From the NCBI GenBank assembly GCA_947501605.1, contig CANMWZ010000040.1, forward strand, positions 1 through 40,098: DNA of 40,098 nt, read 5' to 3'. A model generated the notes under the pieces. That model was given only the letters and a program-made list of their open reading frames with translations, searched no databases and was not told the origin of the DNA. Positions 1-9,317 of this stretch are shown piece after piece. Source of the stretch: Planctomycetota bacterium. Lineage in GTDB: Bacteria > Planctomycetota > UBA1135 > UBA2386. A program made the position numbers and the translations under genes. The number at the start of each line of letters is the position of its first letter. The stretch's first letter is position 1.

Positions 1-1026
1 TACGGCCATGCCGCGACCGGCATGCTCGAGCTTCGCGAACTGCTCTGCGAACGCGCGCGTCGCGACGAACCCGCCGCGAGTCCCGACGACATCCTGGTCA
101 CCGCCGGCGCGCAGCAGGGGCTCGATCTCGTGCTGCGCACGTTTTGCACGCAAGGCGACGCCGTCGTCCTGACCTCGCCGTCCTACCACCAGATGTTCGG
201 CCTGTTGAAGGCGCACGGACTGCGCGCGGTGGAGGTGCCGTTCACCTCTGCCGGGCTCGATCTCCAAGCCTTCGAACGCGCGGTCCGACGCAGCGACGTG
301 CGCCTCTGCTACCTGATGCCGTCGTTCCACAACCCGACCGGGCGAACGCTCGACGAAGCGCAGCGGCGCGCGTTGATCGACATCGCGGCGAAGACCGAAG
401 TGCCGATCCTCGAGGACGAATACCAGGATGCGCTGCGCTTCCGCGGCACGCCGCCGCCGTCGCTGCGTGCGCTCGATCCGCGCGGCCTCACCGTGACGGT
501 GCAGACGTTCAGCAAGGGTCTCTTCCCCGGGCTTCGCGTCGGTTGGGTCCACGGCGGCCCGCGCGCGTTGCGGCCGATGGCGGCGGTCAAGCGCTTCGTC
601 GACCTCGAGACCAGTCCACTGCTGCAAGTGGCCCTGTGCGAGTTCATCAAGAGCGGCGCGATGGATCGCTATCTCGCGACCCTCAATCGCGAGTTGCGCG
701 AACGCCACGCGACGCTGCAGCGCGTGCTCGGACACGAACTGCCCTCCGGTTGCTCGCTCACCGATCCCGACGGCGGCTTCATTGCGTGGCTCGAACTGCC
801 GCTGCAAGGCCAAGGCGATCGTCTCGCCGAACTGGCGGTTGCGCGCGGCGTGCGCGTCGTGCCCGGCCGCACCTTCGATGCCCACGGCCACTCGTCGCGC
901 GGCGTGCGCCTGTCGCTGTCGCGCGCCGACTGCACACAAATCGAGGCGGGGGCCACCGTGCTCCAAGAACTCGTCCACGAACTCGTGCGCGGCCCGGCAT
1001 TGCTGCCGACGCGCAACTTCCTTTGA
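1..1026 (+). CDS. MocR/GabR-family PLP-dependent protein (aminotransferase class I domain), probable PdxR-like regulator; 5' end lies outside the window
   Basis: The frame is open from base 1 (YGHAATGMLELR, the YG..G..LR motif). Other motifs: VTAGAQQGL, FHNPTG, ILEDEY and the PLP lysine in TFSKGLFPGLRVGW. It lies directly upstream of pdxST. The HTH is not visible, so a plain aminotransferase cannot be excluded. Confidence 0.8.
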   Translation, partial: YGHAATGMLELRELLCERARRDEPAASPDDILVTAGAQQGLDLVLRTFCTQGDAVVLTSPSYHQMFGLLKAHGLRAVEVPFTSAGLDLQAFERAVRRSDVRLCYLMPSFHNPTGRTLDEAQRRALIDIAAKTEVPILEDEYQDALRFRGTPPPSLRALDPRGLTVTVQTFSKGLFPGLRVGWVHGGPRALRPMAAVKRFVDLETSPLLQVALCEFIKSGAMDRYLATLNRELRERHATLQRVLGHELPSGCSLTDPDGGFIAWLELPLQGQGDRLAELAVARGVRVVPGRTFDAHGHSSRGVRLSLSRADCTQIEAGATVLQELVHELVRGPALLPTRNFL

Positions 1027-1050
1027 CATTCGATCTCCGCGAGAACTGCC

Positions 1051-1968
1051 ATGACCAAGAGTCCCTCCCAGAAGTCCGTCCCCGGGTTCACCCAAGAAGA
1101 AGTCGTCAGCAAGATCGGCTTCTGCGAGCAGTTGAAGGGCGGCGTCATCATGGACGTCGTCAATGACGAACAGGCCCGCATCGCCGAGGACGCCGGCGCC
1201 TGTGCCGTGATGGCGCTCGAACGCGTTCCCGCCGACATCCGCAAGCACGGTGGCGTCGCGCGCGCGAGTGACCCGACGATGATCGAAGCGATCCAGAAGA
1301 CCGTCTCCATCCCGGTGATGGCCAAGGTCCGCATCGGCCACTTCGTCGAGGCCCAGATGCTCGAAGCGATGGAGGTCGACTGCATCGACGAGAGCGAAGT
1401 GCTCACGCCGGCGGACGAGCAGTTCCAGATCGACAAGCGCGTGTTCAAGACGCCGTTCGTGTGCGGTTGCCGCGACCTCGGCGAAGCGCTCCGTCGCATC
1501 CACGAAGGCGCTGCGATGATCCGCACCAAGGGCGAGGCCGGCACCGGCAACGTCGTCGAGGCCGTGCGCCACATGCGCGCGCTGATGTCGGAGATCCGCG
1601 CGCTGCGCGGCATGGACGCGCAGCATCTCGAGAAGCGAGCCGTCGAACTGCGCGTGCCGTTCGACCTCGTCGCTTGGGTCGCCGAGAGCCAGAAGCTCCC
1701 GGTCCCCAACTTCTCCGCCGGCGGCGTCGCCACGCCGGCCGACGCGGCGTTGATGATGCAGCTCGGCGCCGAAGCGGTGTTCGTCGGCTCGGGCATCTTC
1801 AAGTCCGGCAACCCGGTGCAGCGCGCCAAGGCGATCGTTCGCGCGGTCACGCACTTCCGCGACCCGAAGGTGCTGATCGAAGTCAGCAAGGGCCTCGGCG
1901 AACCGATGGTCGGCATCGACATCCACGTGATGCCCGCGAACGAGCGCTACGCCGGCCGCGGGGTCTGA
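1051..1968 (+). CDS. pdxS: Pyridoxal 5'-phosphate synthase lyase subunit PdxS
   Basis: Motifs [56 protein letters not shown] and [17 protein letters not shown]. Confidence 0.98.
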   Translation: MTKSPSQKSVPGFTQEEVVSKIGFCEQLKGGVIMDVVNDEQARIAEDAGACAVMALERVPADIRKHGGVARASDPTMIEAIQKTVSIPVMAKVRIGHFVEAQMLEAMEVDCIDESEVLTPADEQFQIDKRVFKTPFVCGCRDLGEALRRIHEGAAMIRTKGEAGTGNVVEAVRHMRALMSEIRALRGMDAQHLEKRAVELRVPFDLVAWVAESQKLPVPNFSAGGVATPADAALMMQLGAEAVFVGSGIFKSGNPVQRAKAIVRAVTHFRDPKVLIEVSKGLGEPMVGIDIHVMPANERYAGRGV

Positions 1969-1969
1969 G

Positions 1970-2593
1970 GTGGACGCGAGCGCGCCGATCGTCGGAGTGC
2001 TGGCGCTGCAAGGCGACTTCGAAGACCACGCGGAGTCGCTGCGGCGGCAAGGGCTCTGCACGCGCGAAGTGCGCAGCGCGCGGGACTTGGTCGGCATCGC
2101 GGCGATCGTGCTGCCCGGCGGCGAGAGCACGACGATGCTGAAGCTGCTCGACGTCGAGGGCTTGTGGGCGCCGCTCGGTCGCGCATTGCAGAGCGGTATG
2201 CCGGTGATGGCGACCTGCGCTGGACTCATCCTGCTGGCCCAGCACGTCGAGAACCCGAGCCAACGCAGCTACGGGATCCTGCCGGTCACCGTGGTCCGCA
2301 ACGGCTACGGGCGGCAACTGCACAGCGGCACGTTCGCGCTGCGCAGCGACGTGCTGCCAAAGGGGACGACGGGCACGTTCATCCGTGCGCCGAAGATCAC
2401 GCGCGTCGGGCCGGGGTGTGAGGTGCTCGCGTGGCGCGACGGCGACCCGGTGCTGGTGCAGCAGGGCAACGTGCTGGCGGCGTGCTTCCACCCCGAGTTG
2501 GAGGAGCGGCACCCGGTGACCGAGCGCTTCGCGGCGATGGTCCGGGCGGGCAAGACGACGGCGATGGGTGGGGGCGTCGGCGGCTGCGGCTGA
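1970..2593 (+). CDS. pdxT: Pyridoxal 5'-phosphate synthase glutaminase subunit PdxT
   Basis: Motifs GVLALQGDF, LPGGEST, catalytic TCAG, RNGYGRQ, FIRAP and FHPE; starts 1 nt after the pdxS stop. Confidence 0.97.
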   Translation: MDASAPIVGVLALQGDFEDHAESLRRQGLCTREVRSARDLVGIAAIVLPGGESTTMLKLLDVEGLWAPLGRALQSGMPVMATCAGLILLAQHVENPSQRSYGILPVTVVRNGYGRQLHSGTFALRSDVLPKGTTGTFIRAPKITRVGPGCEVLAWRDGDPVLVQQGNVLAACFHPELEERHPVTERFAAMVRAGKTTAMGGGVGGCG

Positions 2594-2765
2594 GCCTGAG
2601 ATCGGACCCACCGCACCTACGTTGCGGCCGGGCAGAACTGGGCTGCAGCCCGGGTCGAAAGGGGCGCCACGAGGGAACTTTTGGGACAAGTCCAAACTCT
2701 GATGTCCGCGCGCCGTAGGGCGCAACCGGTTTCGTTTCCTACCCCTCCTCCCCCCGATTTCTGAC

Positions 2766-4604
2766 ATGCGCAATTCCATTGCTCTTGCCTGCTCTACCCT
2801 CGCGCTCGCGACCATTGCAAGCGCCCAGACATTCGTCTTTGCCCCGGACAATGCCGGGCTGACGCAGCCGTCGTCGTCGACGCTCGCCTGGCGTGACTCG
2901 ACGACCGGCTTCCGGTCGCAGTTCATCTACGACACGTCGCACTTCACGTCGGTCGGCGTCAACGGCCCGTGCGTCATCACCCGCATGCGCTTCCGCGCGG
3001 CCAATGCGAGCACTTCGGTCGGTGGCAGCTATCCGGGTGACGGCGTCACGACCGGCGCCACGGTCGACATCGGCACCAGCGCCTCGGACTACAACGCGGC
3101 CAGCACGACCTACGCGACCAACCGCGGCGTGATGCAGAACGTGCTGACGTTTGCGACCCTGCCCGTTGCCGCCGGTGCGGGCCTGACCCCGAACAACTAC
3201 GTCATCGACATCGTCATCCCCGGCGGCTTCGTTTACGACCCGACGGCCGGCCAAGACTTGCTCATCGAAGTTGCCGGCCCGGACTTCATCGGGACGATCC
3301 CGACGATGTCGACGGGTGTGTCGCTCGCGGCGAGCCGTTGCCAGCGCGTCGCCAACACGACGACGACGGGTCTTACCGGCACGTTCTCGGGTGGTTTCTG
3401 CCCCGTGGTGCTGTTCGACATCGTCGGGCCGGGCGGCATCCCGAACAACGGTTCGGGCAATCCGCTGCTGGTCGCCGCTGGCAACGCCAGCTACGGCACG
3501 GGCTGCGGGTTGACGTCGACGCGCTCGTTCGGCGAACTCTTCCCCGGGGGCGTCGGCACGAGCCTCGACCTCGGAACCGGCGTCACGCTGTTCCCGAACA
3601 TCCCTGGCGCACCGACGGCCTACACGGCGGTCGCTGGCAGTGGTGCTCCCTTCTTCCCGATCTCGGGCGCCGCGTTGCTGAGCAACGCTTTGACGCCGGC
3701 GCTGATGACGGACGATGCGATGTCGCAGGCCTGCACGCTGCCGTTCGCGTTCCCGTTCGTCGGCGGCTCGACCACGACGATCCACGCCAACACCAACGGC
3801 TACATCGCTCTGGCCGCAACGACTGCTACCGGCGGTGACTTCTCGCCGACGCTGACGGACATGGTCGGCGCTACGGCCGGCACCCACGGTGGCCTGCCGC
3901 GCATCTTCCCGTGCTGGTACGACCTGTACGCAAGCCGCAACACCACGGTCAATGCAACGGCCGGTGTGTACTTCAACGTCGACGCGGTCAACAACAAGGT
4001 CTACGTGACGTGGAACGACGTCGGTGAGTTGGCGACGTCCACCGCCGGAGCGAAGAGCTTCAACATCCAGGTCGAGCTCTCGCCGGACGGTACGATCGAC
4101 ATCCGCTACGGCGCGATGTCGGTGTTCGGCAGCACCACGCAAGGCAAGATCGTCGGCTTCACGCCTGGCCTGCCGTCGCCGGCACCCGCGAGCACCGACC
4201 TCTCGGTGGCGATGCCCTTCAGCTCGGGCTCGTTCGATAGCGCGCCCCTGGCCCTCGCGACGGGTGAGCCGATCATCGGTTCGAACATGGCGGTGACGAC
4301 CAACTTCGTCCCAGCTCCGGGCCTGCTGTTCAACATCATCAGCACGACCCAGTACAACCCGGGCATCGACCTCGGCATCGTGGGCGCGCCAGGCTGTCTG
4401 GCGCACGTCGATCCGGGCACCTCGGTCTATGACACGTTCTTGTTCGGCACCGGCACAGTTGCGTTCAACGTCGCGATCCCGAACGACATTTCGTTCCTGG
4501 GCGTCTCGCTCTACATGCAGTCGGCTGCAGTGGACCCGTTCTTCAACGCGTTCGGCTTCATCACCAGCAATGGCGTCACGCTGACGTTCGGCACGGTTCC
4601 CTGA
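2766..4604 (+). CDS. Secreted protein with a nidogen/NIDO-like domain and the lineage C-terminal module
   Basis: Signal peptide (ending IASAQ). The segment LPFAFPFVG...NTNGYI...FPCWYDL...VTWNDV...IQVELSPDGTIDIRYG is NIDO-like. C-terminus IPNDISFLG...Q...SNGVTLTFG. Confidence 0.8.
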   Translation: MRNSIALACSTLALATIASAQTFVFAPDNAGLTQPSSSTLAWRDSTTGFRSQFIYDTSHFTSVGVNGPCVITRMRFRAANASTSVGGSYPGDGVTTGATVDIGTSASDYNAASTTYATNRGVMQNVLTFATLPVAAGAGLTPNNYVIDIVIPGGFVYDPTAGQDLLIEVAGPDFIGTIPTMSTGVSLAASRCQRVANTTTTGLTGTFSGGFCPVVLFDIVGPGGIPNNGSGNPLLVAAGNASYGTGCGLTSTRSFGELFPGGVGTSLDLGTGVTLFPNIPGAPTAYTAVAGSGAPFFPISGAALLSNALTPALMTDDAMSQACTLPFAFPFVGGSTTTIHANTNGYIALAATTATGGDFSPTLTDMVGATAGTHGGLPRIFPCWYDLYASRNTTVNATAGVYFNVDAVNNKVYVTWNDVGELATSTAGAKSFNIQVELSPDGTIDIRYGAMSVFGSTTQGKIVGFTPGLPSPAPASTDLSVAMPFSSGSFDSAPLALATGEPIIGSNMAVTTNFVPAPGLLFNIISTTQYNPGIDLGIVGAPGCLAHVDPGTSVYDTFLFGTGTVAFNVAIPNDISFLGVSLYMQSAAVDPFFNAFGFITSNGVTLTFGTVP

Positions 4605-4613
4605 ACCGAGCCT

Positions 4614-4690
4614 GAGCGGGGCCGCTGATGCGGCCTTTCGTTCGCGACCGCGGGCTGCATCCGACGAGGATGCGGCCCGCGGTCGTTTGT
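4614..4690 (+). terminator. Tandem hairpins, likely intrinsic terminator
   Basis: GGCCGC-tgat-GCGGCC-ttt, then an 18-bp stem CGACCGCGGGCTGCATCC / GGATGCGGCCCGCGGTCG (one G-U pair) at 4645-4685 followed by TTTGT, just after the 4604 stop. Confidence 0.75.
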
Positions 4691-4775
4691 GGGGGCAAGT
4701 GCGTTCTTCACGGTCGTCTGCAAACAGACGCAGAAGTGACCGAGCCCGCGGGCGCTGGCTAGCATCCACCGCCCT

Positions 4776-7004
4776 ATGCCGCGCGCCCCTTGGTTGCTGC
4801 TCGCCGTCGCGATCGCCATCGCGGGCATCCTGTGGTTGCAGCGCAGCGATCCTGCGGCAGCCGGGCACGCGCCGACGCCGCTCGTCATCGACGCACCGGG
4901 ACCTGCACCAGCGCCCGCCGCAGCCGACGTCCAGAAGGAGCCCGCTGCGCGGACGGTGATCGCCGACGACAAGAGCGACGGCGCGTTCCACAGCGAGGAC
5001 GACGAGGGCCAGGTCCTCGTCGATGCAGTCCGCGACGGCATCGTCATCGAAGTGCGCGACAGCAACGGTGCACCGTGCGGCGGATACCCGGTCAAGGTCG
5101 ACTGGCGCAAGGGTTGGGGCATGTACGGCTTCGACCGCGGGCGCACCGAGAAGGACGGAACCTTCGCGACCACGGTTGCCCAGATCCCGTTCTTCGAGTC
5201 GTTCTCGATCGAGCATCCGATCTATGGCGAACTCGGCAGCGGCGCCATGCCGATCCCTACAGCCGACGATCCGCGCCGCGTCGTCTACGTGCTGCCGCGC
5301 ATGGCCGACGTCGAAGTCGTCGTCCGCGACCTCGTCGGTGCACCGGTCGAAGGCGCGCTGCTCGAGGTCCATCCGCAGCCGGCTGCCGTCGGCCCGCGCG
5401 AGACCGCGCTCAGCATGTGGATGGATGACGAGCCTTCGAGCGACGCGAACGGGCGCGTCACGGTGCGCCTTCCGGTCGGGACTGCCAACATCGCTGCGCA
5501 TCTCGCCGAGGAGAAGCCGGTGCAGGAGGCATACTTCCAGGTGTTGCCGACGGGCGGCCTCGTGGACCTCCTCGTGCTGCGAGCCGAGGCGCGCATCGAG
5601 GCCGAAGTCGAGGTCGTGCTGCCGGCAGGGTTCTCCGAGTTGGAGTACTACAACGCTTGGGGACGAACGGAGGTGCCGCGGCCGTCGTCGACTCTGGTCA
5701 CCGCGTGCGAGTCGAAGCAGAGGGACTACACGGCGCAGCCGGTTGAAGCCGTCGGCAGTGACGAGTCGCGTCGCTTCCGAGTGGTCGTCGATCTGCTGCC
5801 GTGGCGCTTCTCCGTGCGTCTGCGCGGCAACCACTGGGCCTCCATCGATGTGCCCGCCGGCCAACGGTCGGTGCGCTTCGTCGTGCCACCGCCCGCCGCG
5901 AAAGCGCTCGCGGCGCCGAAGGCGAAGGTTCGCGTGCGTGTGCTCGGCTCCGGCGGTGAGCCGCACAGCGGTGCGACCATTCGCGTGCACAAGACGCCCG
6001 ACCTGGTCTACGGCACCGAGGTCGGCACGACGGACGACGGCGTCTGTGAGTTCGAACACGAACCCGGCGAGACGGTCTGCATCAGCGCCGAGGCCTACAC
6101 GTTGCCGGTCGCGATCGGGGGGCCGATCCTGCTGACTGCCGGCACGCACGAGATCGAGATTCGCTTCCACACGCCGGGGACCGTGCGCGGTGTCGTCCTC
6201 GATCTGGATGGCAAGCCACTGCAGTCGGACGTGTGCTTGCGCCGACCTGCCGGCGCCTTCCGCGCCATGCGTCCGGATGTCCCCGAGATCCTCCCGCTCA
6301 CGGGCGGCGGCGGCTCGCTCGGGACCGGCGAAGACGGGAAGTTCCGGTTCGAGGACCTCGGCGAGGGCGAACACGAACTCTGGGCCTTCCCCGACCGCGG
6401 CGGGCTACCGGCGCGTCGCCGCGTTCGCGCGGGCGACGAAGTCACGCTGCGGCCCGGCGAGGGATGCGAGGGCTTGGTGCTGTTCGCGGTGAAGCCGGTC
6501 GATGCGGACACCGGGGCGCTGCTCGAGGTCAACGAAGTGCGCGTCGAAGGTGGGCTCTACACGCCGCGCCGCGCGGCCGCGGGCGAACCGTTCACGTGCG
6601 CGGTGCGGCAAGGCGAGGTCGAAGTGCGCGTGCGGGCCTTGGACCATGCGCTGTTCGTGAAGAAGGTGCAGGTCGGAGGCGGGCCGATGGTGTTCGAAGC
6701 GCGGCTCGAGAAGAGTCCGCTCCGGTTCGTGCGCGTGATCGACGGGGCATCGACCCCGATGCCCCAGCTCGAGATCCAGGCGCTCGACGAGGACGGCAAC
6801 GAACTCGAGTTCCTCGACGAGTACGGCAACTTCGACAGCAGTGTCATCGACACCGATCGCGACGGCCGCGCGGTCCTTCGCGGTCTGCCGCGCCGCGCCT
6901 GCAGGCTCGTGGTGGAGAAGCAAGGCGTGGCTCAGAAGCAGGAGTTCGCGCTGCCGGCCGACAAGGGCCTCGTCGAGGTGTTCGATCTGGTCTGGAAGAA
7001 CTGA
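4776..7004 (+). CDS. Membrane-anchored protein with carboxypeptidase regulatory-like (prealbumin-fold) repeats
   Basis: N-terminal TM helix and a Pro/Ala linker, then repeated V.D..G.P..GA and TD..GR/F motifs (VRDLVGAPVEGA, VRGVVLDLDGKP, TDRDGRAVLRGLP). Confidence 0.75.
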   Translation: MPRAPWLLLAVAIAIAGILWLQRSDPAAAGHAPTPLVIDAPGPAPAPAAADVQKEPAARTVIADDKSDGAFHSEDDEGQVLVDAVRDGIVIEVRDSNGAPCGGYPVKVDWRKGWGMYGFDRGRTEKDGTFATTVAQIPFFESFSIEHPIYGELGSGAMPIPTADDPRRVVYVLPRMADVEVVVRDLVGAPVEGALLEVHPQPAAVGPRETALSMWMDDEPSSDANGRVTVRLPVGTANIAAHLAEEKPVQEAYFQVLPTGGLVDLLVLRAEARIEAEVEVVLPAGFSELEYYNAWGRTEVPRPSSTLVTACESKQRDYTAQPVEAVGSDESRRFRVVVDLLPWRFSVRLRGNHWASIDVPAGQRSVRFVVPPPAAKALAAPKAKVRVRVLGSGGEPHSGATIRVHKTPDLVYGTEVGTTDDGVCEFEHEPGETVCISAEAYTLPVAIGGPILLTAGTHEIEIRFHTPGTVRGVVLDLDGKPLQSDVCLRRPAGAFRAMRPDVPEILPLTGGGGSLGTGEDGKFRFEDLGEGEHELWAFPDRGGLPARRRVRAGDEVTLRPGEGCEGLVLFAVKPVDADTGALLEVNEVRVEGGLYTPRRAAAGEPFTCAVRQGEVEVRVRALDHALFVKKVQVGGGPMVFEARLEKSPLRFVRVIDGASTPMPQLEIQALDEDGNELEFLDEYGNFDSSVIDTDRDGRAVLRGLPRRACRLVVEKQGVAQKQEFALPADKGLVEVFDLVWKN

Positions 7005-7040
7005 GCGGGCGGACCCGCGCACGCCGCAGCCGCACCTCCT

Positions 7041-7535
7041 TCACACGATCGTCAGCACCACGCCGTTCGACAGCGTCCAGACCGGTTCACCACCCGTCGC
7101 GGACGGCATCGGTGCGAGGCCCTGTAGCAACACCTGCACGCCGACCGGCAGCGTGTTCGGCACCAACACCGTGTGCGTTCCCGCGAGCGAACTGCACCCC
7201 AGCGGGTCGCCGCCGGGCATCCCCGTGATCAGGTCGAGCGGGACGATGTCGGCCGTCACTGCGACGAGCAGGTTGCCGGCGAAGCCCGGCAGCGCCACGC
7301 ACTGCGCCGGCATCGGCGCGACCAGCAGCCAGTGCGGCCGGCGGAAGGCGCCGCGCAGCACGAGGTCGACCGGGTCGCCGACGCTGGCTGTGGCGTTCGC
7401 CGGCGTGCACGTCTGCGGATCGCAGTGGGATCCCGAGGTCCCCTGCGGCGTGTGCACGACGAAGGTCAGCGATTGCGCGGCGAGCGGGAGGCACGTCGCC
7501 AAGGCGACGGCGAGGAGCGAGCGAGAACGAGGCAT
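7041..7535 (-). CDS. Small secreted hypothetical protein with the lineage C-terminal module
   Basis: Start moved to MPRSRSLLAVALATCLPLAAQ (signal peptide); ends VPNTLPVG...LQG...LSNGVVLTIV. Confidence 0.7.
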   Translation of the reverse strand: MPRSRSLLAVALATCLPLAAQSLTFVVHTPQGTSGSHCDPQTCTPANATASVGDPVDLVLRGAFRRPHWLLVAPMPAQCVALPGFAGNLLVAVTADIVPLDLITGMPGGDPLGCSSLAGTHTVLVPNTLPVGVQVLLQGLAPMPSATGGEPVWTLSNGVVLTIV

Positions 7536-7710
7536 CACGATCTCCGACGAAGGTCGCGCTCGAGCGGGGGCGGTGCCGGGATCAGCCCGGCTTCGAGCGT
7601 GGGATGGCGCGCGCCTCGTCAATCGCCGTGCCGCGGGCCAGAGGCCGGCAGACCGGCATCGCCGTGCCGCGTTCGCTACTCGTTCGTAGCGACTGCCACA
7701 GCGAACCCGG

Positions 7711-8130
7711 TCACTTCGCCGCGAAGTGCTTGTCGAACATCGCCATCAGGTCGCGCGCGACGTCCTGCGCCGAGCGACCTTCGATCTTGCCGCGCGGCAG
7801 GAAGTCGACCACGGTGCCGTCCTTCCACACCGCGACCGACGGGCTCGACGGCGGGATGTGGGCGAAGTGGCCGCGGGCGCGGCTGGTCGCGTCCTTGTCC
7901 TGACCGGCGAACACCGTGGCGAAGCGCTCGGGCTTCACGGCGTGCCGCATCGCGAGGCCGATGCCGGGGCGGGCCATGCCGGCGGCGCAGCCGCACACCG
8001 AGTTGATGACCAGGACCCCGCTGCGCTTGTCCTGCACCCAGGAGTCGACGGCGGCGGCGGTCTTCAGTTCTTCGGCGCCGATGCTGGTCAGTTCCTGGCG
8101 CATCGGTTGGATCAGTTCTTCGGGATACAT
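7711..8130 (-). CDS. BrxA/BrxB (YphP/YqiW) family bacilliredoxin
   Basis: MYPEEL..PMR.EL start, NSVCGCAAG.ARP (CGC motif), TVFAGQD, PPSSPS and IEGR. Confidence 0.93.
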   Translation of the reverse strand: MYPEELIQPMRQELTSIGAEELKTAAAVDSWVQDKRSGVLVINSVCGCAAGMARPGIGLAMRHAVKPERFATVFAGQDKDATSRARGHFAHIPPSSPSVAVWKDGTVVDFLPRGKIEGRSAQDVARDLMAMFDKHFAAK

Positions 8131-8273
8131 GATTGCTGTGGGTTCTTCGGTTCGACGGTAGGGAGCGGCTCGGGGCGGGGAGAGTAGGTCAGGGACCCAG
8201 GTCCGCCAACGGCAGAAGTCGAACCCCGAGGGGACGCGGGCGGCGGCGGGGGTCGCTAGACTCTTTGCCCCCT

Positions 8274-9275
8274 ATGAGCCAACCCCTCCGCGTCGTCTCG
8301 TTCGGTCTTGGCCCGATCGGCCTCGCCGCCGCCCGCCTCGCCCTGTCCAAGAAGTCGATCCAGCTCGTCGGTGCCATCGACGTCGATCCGAAAAAGGTCG
8401 GCAAGGATCTCGGTGACTTGCTCGAACTCGGCACGAAGACCGGCGTGATGGTGCGCTTAGATGCCGAGGCGGCGCTGAAGGAATGGAAGGCCGACGTCAT
8501 GCTCCACTGCACGTCGTCGTTCATGCCGGTCGTGAAGGACCAGTTGCTGCTCGCGGCCAAGTGCGGCGTCGACGTCGTGTCGTCGACCGAGGAGCTGCTG
8601 GTGCCGGAGATGCAGCACAAGGACATCGCCAAGGAGATCGACGCGGCGGCCGTGAAGGGCGGCATCAGCGTGCTCGGCACCGGCGTCAACCCCGGCTACG
8701 CGATGGACTTCGTCGCCATCGTCGCGAGCGCAGTGACGTTCGACGTGACGGGCGTGCAGTGCACGCGCGTCGTCGATGCCGGAACGCGCCGCCTGCCGTT
8801 GCAGAAGAAGGTCGGTGCCGGCCTGTCGGTCGCCGAGTTCGAGGCGCAGATGGCGACGGGTCGCTTCGGCCACATCGGCATGCGCGAGTCGGTGGCCCTC
8901 GTCAGCAAGGCGCTCGGCTTCGACGTCGACACCATCGAGCAGACGGTCGAGCCAGTTCTCGCCACCGAGAAGCGCGTGACCAAGTTCCTCACGGTCGAGA
9001 AGGGCCAGGTCGCGGGCATCCGCAACCACGGCTACGGCAAGAAGGGCGGCACGACGATCGTCCACCTCGACCTCTCGATGTACGTCGGCGCGCCCGATCC
9101 GCGCGACGAAGTGGTGCTGCAGAGCACGCCGCCCGTGCACCTGAAGTTCCACGGCGGCATCGCCGGCGATCAGGCGACCGCGGCGATCCTGGTCAACAAC
9201 CTGCACGGCGTGGCGGCCGCGAGCCCGGGCCTCAAGACCGTGCTCGACGTGGCGCCGCCGCGGCTCTGCCGCTGA
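8274..9275 (+). CDS. NAD(P)-dependent dehydrogenase, dihydrodipicolinate-reductase-like / 2,4-diaminopentanoate dehydrogenase (Ord) family
   Basis: Rossmann motif FGLGPIG, plus VVSSTEEL, LGTGVNPG, RRLPLQKKVG, GHIG and GGIAGDQATAA. Start moved to the ATG at 8274. Confidence 0.85.
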   Translation: MSQPLRVVSFGLGPIGLAAARLALSKKSIQLVGAIDVDPKKVGKDLGDLLELGTKTGVMVRLDAEAALKEWKADVMLHCTSSFMPVVKDQLLLAAKCGVDVVSSTEELLVPEMQHKDIAKEIDAAAVKGGISVLGTGVNPGYAMDFVAIVASAVTFDVTGVQCTRVVDAGTRRLPLQKKVGAGLSVAEFEAQMATGRFGHIGMRESVALVSKALGFDVDTIEQTVEPVLATEKRVTKFLTVEKGQVAGIRNHGYGKKGGTTIVHLDLSMYVGAPDPRDEVVLQSTPPVHLKFHGGIAGDQATAAILVNNLHGVAAASPGLKTVLDVAPPRLCR

Positions 9276-9317
9276 GAGAGCGCGAGCGTCCGCGAATGCA
9301 ATGAGCACCGCAGTAGC

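Noticed and set aside
2739..6374. 1211-aa minus-strand ORF, and similar long ORFs such as 10567..14079 +, 18337..20295 +, 19748..22000 + and 34316..36562 -
   Set aside because: Arg/Ala-rich antisense or off-frame shadows of genes with clear motifs; these are expected at high GC3
8274..9275. dapB assignment
   Set aside because: It lacks the DapB E.HH..K.DAPSGTA motif and fits the Ord-like subfamily better
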